This document shows positions 30,057 through 40,016 of a stretch of 64,000 nucleotides of DNA, piece by piece. Position numbers and translations under genes: made by a program. The notes beneath the pieces are model-generated. The model was not told the DNA's origin and did no database searches. It saw nothing but the letters and a program-made list of their open reading frames with translations. How positions within the stretch are numbered: the first letter of the stretch is position 1; every line of letters starts with the position of its first letter. This DNA is from an uncultured Chloroflexia bacterium (GTDB lineage: Bacteria > Chloroflexota > Limnocylindria > QHBO01). The DNA lies in NCBI GenBank assembly GCA_963783495.1, contig CAWANT010000006.1, forward strand, positions 71,799-135,798, written 5' to 3'.

Positions 30057-30963
30057 CCGCAGCCATCCAGACCGAGAAGCTCACCAAGTCGTACGGCAGC
30101 CATCGGGGCATCATCGAAGTCGACCTCGAGGTCCAGGAAGGCGAGGCGTTCGGCTTCCTCGGCCCGAACGGGGCCGGCAAGACGACCATGATCCGCACGC
30201 TGCTCGACCACATCCGGCCGACGAGCGGGCGGGCGACCATCTTCGGGATCGACACCTACGGCCGACCCCGTCGCCATCCACCGACGCCTTGGCTACCTGC
30301 CGGGCGAGTTCGTCCTGTACGACAAGCTCACCGGCGGGCAGACGTTGGAGTACTTCGCCAACCTGCGAGGTGGCGTGGACAAGGCCTACCAGGCCGACCT
30401 GATCGCGCGCCTGGACGTCGACACGTCTCGCAAGTTCCGGGAGTACTCGAAGGGCAACAAGCAGAAGATCGGCCTGATCATCGCCCTCCAGCATCGACCA
30501 GACCTGCTGATGCTGGACGAGCCGACCTCCGGCCTCGACCCGCTCATCCAGCAGGAGTTCTACGCGGTCATCCGCGAGGCAAAGGCTGAGGGCCGGACAG
30601 TCTTCCTCTCCTCGCACATCCTCTCGGAGGTCGAGAAGACCTGCGACCGGGTTGGCATCATCCGCGAGGGTAGCCTCGTGCGGGTGGACCGCACCGACGC
30701 CCTGCGTGACCTCGCCCACCACACTGTCGAGCTCGTCTTCACTGATCACGTGCCGGTCGAGACGTTCCGCGCCCTGCCCGGTGTGACCGACGTCGTGGCA
30801 GAGGACCACGTGCTCCGCATGCGTGTGTCCGGCAACATCACGCGAGTCGTCCGGGCCGCCGCCGAGTACGACCTGGCGGACTTCGTCAGCCGCGAGCCAT
30901 CGCTCGAGGAGACCTTCCTGGCCGAGTACGGCCGCGGCGCCGCCGAGGTGGACCGAGACATGA
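30053..30963 (+). CDS. ABC transporter ATP-binding protein (ABC-2 type); 1-2 frame breaks
   Basis: Walker A GPNGAGKTT, signature-like YSKGNKQKIG, Walker B LLMLDEPTSGLD, and SSHIL. Break near 30265. As sequenced it reads in frame into the permease; a TGA at 30961-30963 in the adjacent frame gives the usual ATGA junction. Confidence 0.85.
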
Positions 30964-32641
30964 CCGCCAGCAACGCAGGCGACCGCCTTTCGCGCCCGTC
31001 GCCGTGGAGCCGCATCTACGGGTTCGGCAGCGTATTCGCCAAGACCGTTCGGGACTCGCGCCGCGCCGCATTGATCACCGCCGGCGTGCTCGGCCTGGTG
31101 TTCATCGGCGTCAGCTACGCCATCACCAGCGAGTTCGACACGCCGCAGTCCCGGGTCGAGATCGAGAACCTGGTCAACGCCGTGCCGCCGATCCTGCAGG
31201 GGATGGCCGGCAAGGTCGTCAACGTGGGAACCCTGGGCGGATACCTGCAATACAAGTACGGCGTCTTCTTCCCGCTCGTCGTCAGCCTGTGGTCGATCAT
31301 GGCGCTTTCCGGCACGCTTGCCGGTGAGGCTCAGCGCGGCAGCCTGGAGTTCGTTCTGGCCAGCGGCAAGTCGCGCCGCCGCGTCGCTCTGCAGAAGCTC
31401 TCCGGCCACATCGTCATGCTCGGCGTGGCCGTCGTCGTCGCGATGGTGTCCATCGCCATCGCCGGGAACGCCTTCGCCGCTCTGCCCGGCGACGAGATCA
31501 GCCTCCTGTCCGCCTTCGGCTACGCGATCTGGCTGGGCCTGCTGGCGCTGGCCGGCGGGTCGCTCGCCTTCGCGCTCGGACCGTTCGTCGGCCGCGGGGC
31601 GGCCGCCGGCATTGCCGGGGCCGTCATGTTTGCCGGCTTCATCCTGAACGGCTACCAGGAGCCGGTGCCAGCGCTGGAGCCGTTCGCGAACCTGACCTGG
31701 TGGGGCTGGACGCACAACCACGTCGCGCTGGCCGGGGTGTACGACTGGCCGTCGGTTGCCGTCCTGGCCGTGGTGGATGTCGTCCTGCTGGCGATCGGGG
31801 TCGAGGCGTTCGCGCGTCGGGACGTCGGCGTAACGACGGCACTCCCAAGCCGTTTCTCTGCCACGACCGCTCCTGGGTCTGGGTGGAGCGCTGGGGCGCA
31901 TCGTGAGCCACAACTTCACCACGACGATCGCCTGGGGGCTGGGCGTCGGATTCTTCGGTCTCGCTCTGGGTGGCGCGGCGCAGGACTTCATGGAGCAGCT
32001 TCGCAACGCGCCCGCCTTCGTCGAGCTGCTCCGCACCGTCTTCCCGAACGTCGACTACGCCTCAGCCGGGGGCTTCCTGCAGCTGCTGTTCGTTGACTTC
32101 GGCGTGATTCTGGCCGGCCTGTTCGCGGCGTCCATCGTGTCCGGCTGGGCATCGGACGAGACGTCTGGGCGGCTGGAGATGGTGCTGGCCACCCCGCTCA
32201 GCCGCGCCCGGTGGGCGATAGCCGGTGGGAGCGGAATGCTCGTCAGCGTGGTGCTGTTCATGGCCCTCACGATGGCTGGCATCGCCATCGGCGTGGCCAC
32301 CACCGACAGCGACGTGGCCACGCCGGTCGTCGGATCGCTTGTGCTGGCGATGTACGCGGCCGCCTTGGTGGGGATCGGGCACGCCGTCGGCGGTGTCCTG
32401 GGCACGCGTTTCGCTGGCACGGTGGTGGTGGTCTTCGTCGTCGTCACCTGGTTCATCCAGCTGCTCGGGCCACTGCTCGGCCTGCCGCAGTTCGTGCAGG
32501 ACCTGGCGCTGACGCACGCACTACGGGCAGCCGATGGTCGGCAGGTGGGATTCGGTGGGGATCGCGGCCTCGCTGGTGCTTGCGCTCGGCGGCATGGCCA
32601 TCGGAACATGGGGGTTCCGGCGGAGGGACCTCAGGAGCTAG
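30960..32641 (+). CDS. ABC-2-type transporter permease, duplicated (about 12 TM); 2 frame breaks
   Basis: Two similar hydrophobic halves, each with ...GEAQRGSLEFVLASGKSRRR / SDETSGRLEMVLATPLSRAR after the first TM. Pieces lie in ORFs 30345..32096 and 31903..32913, plus a tail ...GMAIGTWGFRRRDLRS*. Breaks near 31870 and 32520. Confidence 0.7.
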
Positions 32642-33709
32642 AGCGCCCCCAGCACGTGCGCCGCCTGCTGGCGGACTTCCGGGCGGCGATCCGTCGACGC
32701 CCGGCGCAGCAGCTCGACTGCGCCATCCGGCATGCGGGTCCACGTTCCCGAGCGCGGCGAGCGCATTGCGCAGGAGCCGATGCCGGCCTGCCCGCGTCAG
32801 CGCCGTCTCCCCCACCGCGCGGGCGAAGGCACGCGTGCCCAGGGGCAGCAGCCACTCGATCAGCGGCAGGAGCGGCACGCGCAGCGGGCCGTCGTCCTGC
32901 GCCTCGGCGTTGACCGGGCAGACCTCCTGGCACACGTCGCAACCGAAGATCCAGTCGCCGATGGCGCGCGACTCCCACTCGCCCAGCACGCCGCGATGCT
33001 CGATGGTCAGGTAGCTGATGCAGCGCCGCGCATCGATTGTCTGGGGCGCCACCAGCGCACCGGTCGGGCAGCCGGACAGGCAGCGAGTGCAGCTGCCGCA
33101 GTTGGTGCGGACCGGCTCGTCCACCGGCAGCTCGGCGGAGCTCAGGATGGCCCCCAGGAAGACCCACGATCCGGCGCGATCGTGGGTCAGCAGGTTCGTG
33201 TTCTTGCCGATCCAACCCAGCCCGGCCCGTGCCGCCAGCGCTCGTTCGGCCAATGGCCGATCGTCGACGTAGGCGGTGGCGCCCGCCGGCAGACCGGCAT
33301 CGCGCAGGTCGTTCGCCAGCCCCTCCAGGCGGCGGCGCAGGGCGACGTGGTAGTCGCTGCCGACCGCGTAGCGGGCGATCAGCCCGGCGGGCTCGCGCGG
33401 CTCGGCGGCCAGCACCGGCGCCAGCGCGCGATGCAGCGCATCGGCGGCCCCGTCCCAGCCGCGCCGGTCGCCGCCGGCGTACGGCGCGGCAATCACGATC
33501 ACGGAGCGCGCATCGGCTTCGTGCCGGCGCGGATCGGTGGCGGTGGCGGGGCGCCCGCCGCCCATCCAGTCCATGTCGCCCATGCGCCCGGCCGCGATGC
33601 TCGCCTCCATCCGGGCGCGGTCATCGGGGAGCGGCGCGGCGTCCGTGACGCCCACCAGCTGCAGACCATGGCGCCTGGCCAGGGTCTCCAGGCGCTCGCG
33701 CGCCATCAT
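32638..33709 (-). CDS. queG: tRNA epoxyqueuosine(34) reductase QueG; 1 frame break
   Basis: GWIGKNTNLL, CGSCTRCLSGCPTGAL and CDVCQEVCPVN, with a HEAT-like tail DGAVELLRRASTDRRPEVRQQAAHVLGAL* in another frame. Break near 32750. Confidence 0.88.
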
Positions 33710-33712
33710 CGG

Positions 33713-34087
33713 TCAGTCCGCCTCGAGGATGACCCCGGTCATGCGCCCGTCCCGCATGACGGCCTGCAGCTCGCCGCGCTGGACGCGGCGGCGCACCGTG
33801 GACACGCTGACGCCAAGCCGCTTGGCAGCTTCGGCCACGCGCACGACGGAGCCTTGAGGCGGTTGCGACTCACTGAGCCGCTCGGCCACCACGTCGGCAT
33901 GGAGCTGCCGCTCCGCGTCGTCCGGGATCCAGCGCCGCTCGAACGCCTTGCCGTGGAATCGGCGCTTGCCGGCCACGACCGTGCGTCGCTGGCGCAGAAC
34001 GGAGCCAATGGCCAGCAGGATTCCACCGGTCACCAGCGAAATCAGGCTGGCCACCCCGAGATTCACGCGGAGGCGCAGGCTTCTCAT
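33713..34087 (-). CDS. Small membrane-anchored protein with C-terminal excisionase/MerR-type HTH
   Basis: Uninterrupted 124 codons. [23 protein letters not shown] and [33 protein letters not shown]. Its ATG overlaps the gpsA stop (ATGA), and its stop lies 3 nt before the queG start. Confidence 0.6.
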   Translation of the reverse strand: MRSLRLRVNLGVASLISLVTGGILLAIGSVLRQRRTVVAGKRRFHGKAFERRWIPDDAERQLHADVVAERLSESQPPQGSVVRVAEAAKRLGVSVSTVRRRVQRGELQAVMRDGRMTGVILEAD

Positions 34088-35100
34088 GCCGGCATCCCTG
34101 CCAGCTCGTCCTTCCGTTCGCGCGCCATCAGCGCGGCCACCGCCTCCATGGGCGGGCGCGCGTCGTGGACGACGGCCGCCACCTGCTCGGCAATCGGCAG
34201 CTCCACGCCGTGCTGCGCAGCCAGATCCAGGGCACCGCGCACGGTGCTCACGCCCTCGGCCACCCCGTTGAGCTGCGCGGCCGCATCGGTCCAGGCCAGG
34301 CCCGGCGCCCATCAGCTCGCCGGCGCGGCGATTGCGCGACAACGGGCTCATGCAGGTCGCGATCAGGTCGCCCACTCCGGCCAGCCCGGCGAAGGTGAGC
34401 GGATGCGCGCCTGCCGCCACGCCCAGGCGGGTCATCTCGGCCAGGCCCGCGGGTGATGATGCCGGCCTTCGCCGAGTCGCCGAAGCCGAGCCCATCGACC
34501 ATGCCGGCGGCCAGCGCGACGACGTTCTTCAGCGCGCCGCACAGCTCCACGCCCACCACGTCCGGGTTGGTGTAGACGCGGAACCGATCCGTCGCCAGCA
34601 GGCCGGCCATCTCGCGCGGCCAGCTCGGCGTCCTGCGAGGCCACCACGCTGCCAGCCGGCTTGCCGGCGGCGATTTCGCGGGCCAGGTTCGGCCCGGACA
34701 GCACCGCCACCCGCGCGCCCCGGCAGCTCCTGCGTCGATCACCTCGCTCATGCGGCAGTGGCTGCCCTCCTCGATCCCCTTCACCACGCTCAGCAGCGCG
34801 GCATTCGGGTCCAGGCTCGGTCCCAGGCGCCGCAGCGTCATCCCGCAGGTGGGCCGATGGCACGGCCAGCAGATAGGCCCGATGCGGCTCGGCCAGGAAA
34901 GCGTCCTCGGTCGCGACGCGGATGTTGGGCGGGAACGGCACATTCGGCAGGTAGCGGCGGTTCTCGCGGGCCAGCGCCAGCTCCTCGTTGCGTTCCGGCG
35001 AGTGCGCCCAGATCGTGACCGGCCGCTCCGCCGCGGCCAGCTTGATCGCCAGGGTCGTGCCCCAGGCGCCGGCGCCGATGACCCCGATCTGGTCGGTCAC
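34084..35100 (-). CDS. gpsA: NAD(P)H-dependent glycerol-3-phosphate dehydrogenase; 4 or more frame breaks
   Basis: [57 protein letters not shown] and GDLIATC are scattered over ORFs 34432.., 34248.. and 33713..34495. GTG start at 35100. Confidence 0.85.
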
Positions 35101-35387
35101 TCGACGGTGATCTCTTCGCGTTCGGGCGGCGGCTGCGGCGGCTGCCTTTTCGTCGAGCTTCGCGATCCAGTGGTCGAGATAGCTGCGCGCGGCCAGCAGC
35201 TGCTCACGGCCGGCGGCCTGCATGTGCGTGCGGGTCTGCGCCGGGAAGACTTCCCGCATCAACGCCCAGAAGGCGGTCTCGACGCTGTCGCGTCGCGCGC
35301 TGCCGCCTTCGGCGCGCGCTCGAGCGCACTGATCCGCGCCTCCAGCTCATCGGTTCGCGCTCGCTCGTCCACGGTTGCCACCTCCAT
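35097..35387 (-). CDS. Hypothetical small coiled-coil-like protein (stitched; 2 frame breaks)
   Basis: ATG 35385-35387: MEVATVDERARTDELEARISALERAP... then FWALMREVFPAQTRTHMQAAGREQLLAARSYLDHWIAKLDEK... and a tail EREEITVE* whose TGA overlaps the gpsA GTG. It overlaps the ArsA 3' end by 41 nt. I recognise no family. Confidence 0.35.
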
Positions 35388-36567
35388 TGCTGCTCCGCGG
35401 CGGGGCCGCGAAGCGGATCTTGAGTACATGGTCGTCGAACTTGGCGCCGAGCGTCGGCGCCTCGATCAGCGCACGGGGCAGAACCAGGTTCCGTCGCCAG
35501 CTGCCCACGTCGATCAGGATCTCATCGGCGTGGCGCGAGAGCGCGATCTCCTCCTTGCTGGCGAATGGCAGCTCCACGCTCAGCACGAACTGGCCGTCAT
35601 CGCGGGAAACCGTGTACGGCCGGCCGTGATAGTACTGGGTCGTCGGATCGGTCTCGGCGTACACGGCCTTGCCCATCTCGCGCAGCATCTCCAGCCCAAC
35701 CACCTCCCGATCGAAGTACGGCGCGTAGCGGACCGGGATCGGGGCGAAGGCCTGCTCCACCATCGGTCCATACCGCTGCTGTGCCTCATACCAGCCCCGG
35801 AAATACTTCCAGCCGACGTCGTCGGGCAGGATCCGGTTGGCGATCACCAGGTCGGTCGGGTAGCCGTACAGGTGGAAGTAGGTGAAGGAGCGCTGCGCCT
35901 CCTTGATCACCACCCGCTCCAGGGTCAGCACCACCCGCACCGACGTCCGATCCGGATCGATCAGCAGGTCGTGCATGTGCTCCAGCTTGCGGAACAGCTC
36001 CTCGCCCGCGTCGAAGACCTCGCTCGACGGGATGGGCATGCCCACCACGCGCTGGATGATGGGGCCGGTCAGCTTGGTGATCCGGCGACCGATGGGCTCG
36101 ATCTTCTCCATCCACCAGCGGCCTGCCTCCGGCATGGAGAGGAGCCGGAGGGTTTCGCCCGTTGGCGCGGCGTCGACCACCACCACGTCGTAGTCGCCCG
36201 AGTCGTGGTGCTCGGCGATCCACAGCAGGCTGCCGACCTCGTCCATGCCGGGCAGCACGGTCATCTCGTCGGCCAGCACGTCGTCCAGGCCCCGCCAGCG
36301 CAATACGCTGGCCGCGTACTCCTGGATGCGGCCCCAGTACTTCGCGACGTTGTGGAAGACGTCCGACTCCTGGCCCCACAGGTTCGGGGCGATCTGGGTC
36401 GGCTCCGGACCCAGCTCGACCCCGAAGGCGTCGCCGAGCGAATGGGCGATGTCGGTCGACAGGACCATGGTGCGCAGCCCGCGATCGGCGCAGGCGATGG
36501 CCGTGGCGGCGGCCACGCTGGTCTTGCCCACGCCGCCCTTGCCGGTGTACAGCAGGATTCGGGTCAC
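35347..36567 (-). CDS. ArsA/Get3-family P-loop ATPase with C-terminal HSP20/CS-like beta domain
   Basis: Uninterrupted 406-aa ORF: GKGGVGKTSVAAATA, STDIAHSL and DAAPTGETLRLL. The C-terminal stretch FVLSVELPFASKEEIALSRHADEILIDVGSWRRNLVLP...LKIRF is alpha-crystallin-like. Confidence 0.88.
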   Translation of the reverse strand: MTRILLYTGKGGVGKTSVAAATAIACADRGLRTMVLSTDIAHSLGDAFGVELGPEPTQIAPNLWGQESDVFHNVAKYWGRIQEYAASVLRWRGLDDVLADEMTVLPGMDEVGSLLWIAEHHDSGDYDVVVVDAAPTGETLRLLSMPEAGRWWMEKIEPIGRRITKLTGPIIQRVVGMPIPSSEVFDAGEELFRKLEHMHDLLIDPDRTSVRVVLTLERVVIKEAQRSFTYFHLYGYPTDLVIANRILPDDVGWKYFRGWYEAQQRYGPMVEQAFAPIPVRYAPYFDREVVGLEMLREMGKAVYAETDPTTQYYHGRPYTVSRDDGQFVLSVELPFASKEEIALSRHADEILIDVGSWRRNLVLPRALIEAPTLGAKFDDHVLKIRFAAPPRSSNGGGNRGRASANR

Positions 36568-36847
36568 GCCGCTGATTGTCGCGGGTTCCGCGGCGAACCG
36601 CGAGATGCACGCCTAGTGACGGATCCAGTCATCACCCGCTGCTGTCCTGCACGTTACGGCGGTCGAATGAGCCCCTTCGCCTCAGGCGTGAATCACCGCC
36701 ACCGTAGATGGACGCGGGGTCGAGCTGGGCCAGGGGCCAGCGGCCACCTGGGCACGAAAGCGAGCCGGCTGTCGGAGACGATGCCTCGAACTCGCCGCAA
36801 TGGTGCGTGTCCTTCACGTATGAGGAATTCGCGCAGGGCCAAGGGCT

Positions 36848-38305
36848 CTAGCGGCGCTTGGACGTGCCCCTGCGCGGATGCTCGTCGCGGCCGGGCCGAG
36901 CGGCGGGCCGACTCCTCGGAGGCGCGGGCGCGGAAGATCAGGCGGATCGGCGTGCCCAGGAACCCGTACTCGTCGCGGATGCGGTTCTCCAGGTAGCGCC
37001 GGTAGCTGAAGTGGATCAGCTCGGGGTCGTTGACGAAGATCACGAACGTCGGGCGGCGCCACCGCCACCTGGGTGGCGTAGAGCACCTTGCCCAGCCGAT
37101 TGCGGACATGCGATGGTGGATGGGCGCGCACCGCATCGGTCACGACCCGGTTCAGGTCGGCGGTGGGCACGCGCCGGTAGCGCTCTTCCGCCACGCGGCG
37201 CGCCTCGCGCAGGATGCGCTCCACCCGCTGTCCGGTCTGAGCGGAGGCGAACACGATGTCCGCCCAGGCGAGATACGGCGCCTCGCGGCGCAGCACCTTG
37301 AGCCACGCGTCGGCGGTGTGGCCGTCCTTCTCCACCACGTCCCACTTGTTGATGACCAGCACGATCCCCTTGCCCGCCTCCAGCACGTGGCCGACCACGT
37401 GCGCGTCCTGGGCGGTGTAGCCCTCGATCGCATCGGTCATCACCACGCCCACGTCGGCGCGGTCGATGGCCTTCATCGAGCGCAGCACCGAGTAGCGCTC
37501 GATCCCGCCCTGGACCGATCCCCGGCGGCGGATGCCGGCGGTGTCGACCAGGATCATCGGCTCGTCGTCGACCACCACGGCGGTGTCGACTGGATCCCGC
37601 GTGGTGCCGGGGATATCGGAGACGATCATTCGCTCCTGCCCGAGCACCCGATTCACGAAGGTGGACTTGCCCGTGTTCGGTCGCCCCACGATGGCCACCC
37701 GCGGCGGCCCCATCTCGGTCTCGGCCAGCTCGCTCAGCTCATCCGGCGACAGGGAGACATCGGTCCAATCCGGCTCGGTGGGCGCGGGCGGCGCCGGCGG
37801 GAGCGCGTCGACGATCATGTCGGCCAGGTCGCCGCTGTTGCGGCCGTGCTGGGCGCTGACGGTGATGGCCGGGTCCATGCCCAGCGCGTAGAACTCCGCG
37901 CCCTCCTGCTCCAGGCGCGGGTTGTCCGCCTTGTTGATGACCAGGATGGTTGGCTTGGAAGCCCGACGGAGCCGATCCGCGACCTCGTGATCCAGCGGCG
38001 CCAGGCCCGCCGCGGCATCCACCACGAACAGGATGACGTCCGCCTCCTCCATCGCCACCCGGGCCTGATCCTGGACCCGCGCCTCGATATGAGTGCCCGG
38101 CTCCAGCTCAAGGCCGCCGGTGTCGACCAGCGTGAAGTCGCGGCCGTTCCAGTCGCCGGTGCCGTAGACGCGATCGCGGGTCGTGCCCGGCAGGTCCTCG
38201 ACGATCGCCAGCCGCTCGCCGATGAGGCGGTTGAAGAGGGTTGACTTCCCGACATTCGGGACGTCCCACGATGGCGACGACCGGCAGCGAGGTGGTGGGG
38301 GGCAT
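36848..38305 (-). CDS. der: Ribosome-biogenesis GTPase Der (EngA); 3 frame breaks, 3' end inferred
   Basis: Two G domains ([20 protein letters not shown] and [20 protein letters not shown]) plus a KH-like domain ([24 protein letters not shown]). Pieces lie in ORFs 38108..38305, 36814..39141 and 36693..37136. The basic tail ...RRGTSKRR* ends at 36848-36850 in a third frame. Confidence 0.9.
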
Positions 38306-38364
38306 GGCGCCGAGTGTAGGTGAGGGCCCACTCCCCCGCCGCCATCCCGGCTAGGATCGGACCG

Positions 38365-39631
38365 ATGCGAATCGGAATCGTGTCCACGCGGCTGGCGGGC
38401 GTCGACGGGGTCACCTTCGAAGCCACCAAGTGGGAGATGGCGCTCGAGCGCATGGGCCACCAGGTCCGGATGTGCTCCGGCGCGGTCGACTGCGCTGCGC
38501 ACGACCGCCCGCCTGGTGCCGCCGATGCACTTCGCCTGGCCCCCGGCCGCCCGCGTCACCGCAGGCGGCCTTCGATCCGGAGAGCGACCCCGTGGCCGTG
38601 CGGGCCGAGATCGACCGCCTGGCCGACCTGCTGGTGCCCGTCCTCGACCACTGGATCGACTCCGAACGCCTGGAGGCGCTGATCGTCGAGAACGCCTGGG
38701 CCATCCCGATGCACCTGCCGCTCGGCGTGGCGCTGCGTCGAATCGTGGAACGCCGCCAGATGCCGGCCATCGGCCACCATCACGACTACTGGTGGGAGCG
38801 CAGCCGCTTTTCGAAGCTGCGTGGTGCCGGACGTGCTGGAAGAGGCCTTCCCGCCGGATCTGCCGAACATTCGCCACGCCAGCATCAACTCGCTGGCGGC
38901 CGAAGAGCTGCGCCGCCACCGCGGGATCGAGTCGCATGGTGGTGCCCAACGTCTTCGACTTCGAGCGGCCGCGGCCGCGGCCGCATCCCGCCGTGCGGCG
39001 CCGGATGCGCGCCGAGCTGGGCATGAACGAGCACGGCCTGCTGGTCGTGCAGCCGACGCGGGTGGTGCCGCGCAAGGGGATCGAGCTGGCGATCGACCTG
39101 GTCGGCCGCCTCGGCGATCCGGAGACGGTCCTGCTCATCACCTCGCCGGCCGGCGACGAAGGGCTCGACTACCTGGTGGAGCTGGAGCGCCAGGCGGAGA
39201 CGGCCAAGGTCCAGCTGCGCTACGCGGCCGACCGCTTCGAGCCCGACCTCGAGGGCAAGCCGGTCGGCCCTGCCCACACCCTGCACGACGCCTACCTGGC
39301 GGCCGACCTGATCACCTACCCCAGCCTGTACGAGGGCTACGGCAACGCCCTGATCGAGGCGATCTTCTACGGCAAGCCGGTGGTCGTGAACCGCTACTCG
39401 GTCTACGTGGCCGACATCGCGCCGCTGGGCCTGGAGTTCATCGAGATCGACGGCGAGGTCACCGATGACACCGTGGCCGAGGTGCGCCGCGCCATCGACG
39501 ATCCGGACCGCCAGGCACGGATCGCATCCCGCAACTTCGAGATCGCGCGGCGACGGCTCTCGTACAAGGTCCTGCGCCGGCGGCTGCGCCGGCTCCTCGG
39601 CGAGGTGGAGGGCGGCGTCACCGGCGGCTGA
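38365..39631 (+). CDS. GT4-family (group 1) glycosyltransferase; 4 frame breaks
   Basis: MRIGIVSTRLAGVDGVTFE, HHHDYWWERSRF, VVPNVFDFE and PTRVVPRKGIELAID...PSLYEGYGNALIEAIFYGKPVV (E-x7-E region). Breaks near 38500, 38560, 38815 and 38935. Confidence 0.75.
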
Positions 39632-39637
39632 CGGCGG

Positions 39638-39816
39638 CTAGGCCGCCAGGGCTGGTGCTCGTCCCAATGGCCGCCATGCTTGGCATGCCAATGTCCGGCG
39701 TGCTCGAAGTCAAGATGGTCGCCGTGGCGGATCGACTCATGTCCGCAGACCTCCTCGGCGTGCACGTGTCCGTGATCGCCCTCGTGCTGCTCGCAGTCCT
39801 GCTCGTTCTGGTCCAT
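39638..39816 (-). CDS. Hypothetical histidine-rich small protein (putative metal-binding); 3' end uncertain
   Basis: ORF 39403..39816 begins MDQNEQDCEQHEGDHGHVHAEEVCGHESIRHGDHLDFEHAGHWHAKHGGHWDEH (18 His and 2 Cys in 54 aa). The rest is Arg/Ser-rich and antisense to the GT gene. A stop at 39638-39640 in another frame would give about 60 aa. Confidence 0.4.
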
Positions 39817-40016
39817 CGGATTGGGTACCTCCAGCCAATCAGGGCTGCATTCGGCATGCCGCCACGCAAGGCGAGCCGCTGCGCCTCACGACGGATGGCG
39901 CATGCGCGATGGGCCGAATGCCGCTAGTCTTCGTCGCTCCCCGCCGATACCGTCGCCGCGGTTGGGCTCTGCACGCGCCAGAAGCGCGACCCAATCGGCG
40001 TCAATCGGAGGACGGA

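Noticed and set aside
36568-36847. A possible ncRNA (6S, SRP or riboswitch) or the 61-aa ORF 36632..36817 in the gap upstream of the ArsA-type ATPase.
   Set aside because: I could not recognise conserved SRP, 6S, RNase P or tmRNA motifs or any known riboswitch core by eye. The 61-aa ORF has no recognisable features. Part of the gap may belong to the unresolved der 3' end. It is kept only as a side note in the ArsA finding.
36814-39141. A 775-aa minus-strand ORF that looks like one giant protein.
   Set aside because: Only the central part is Der/EngA. The N-terminal 270 aa or so are Arg/Pro-rich and antisense to the GT4 glycosyltransferase gene. The real Der N-terminus ([16 protein letters not shown]) lies in another frame, starting at 38305.
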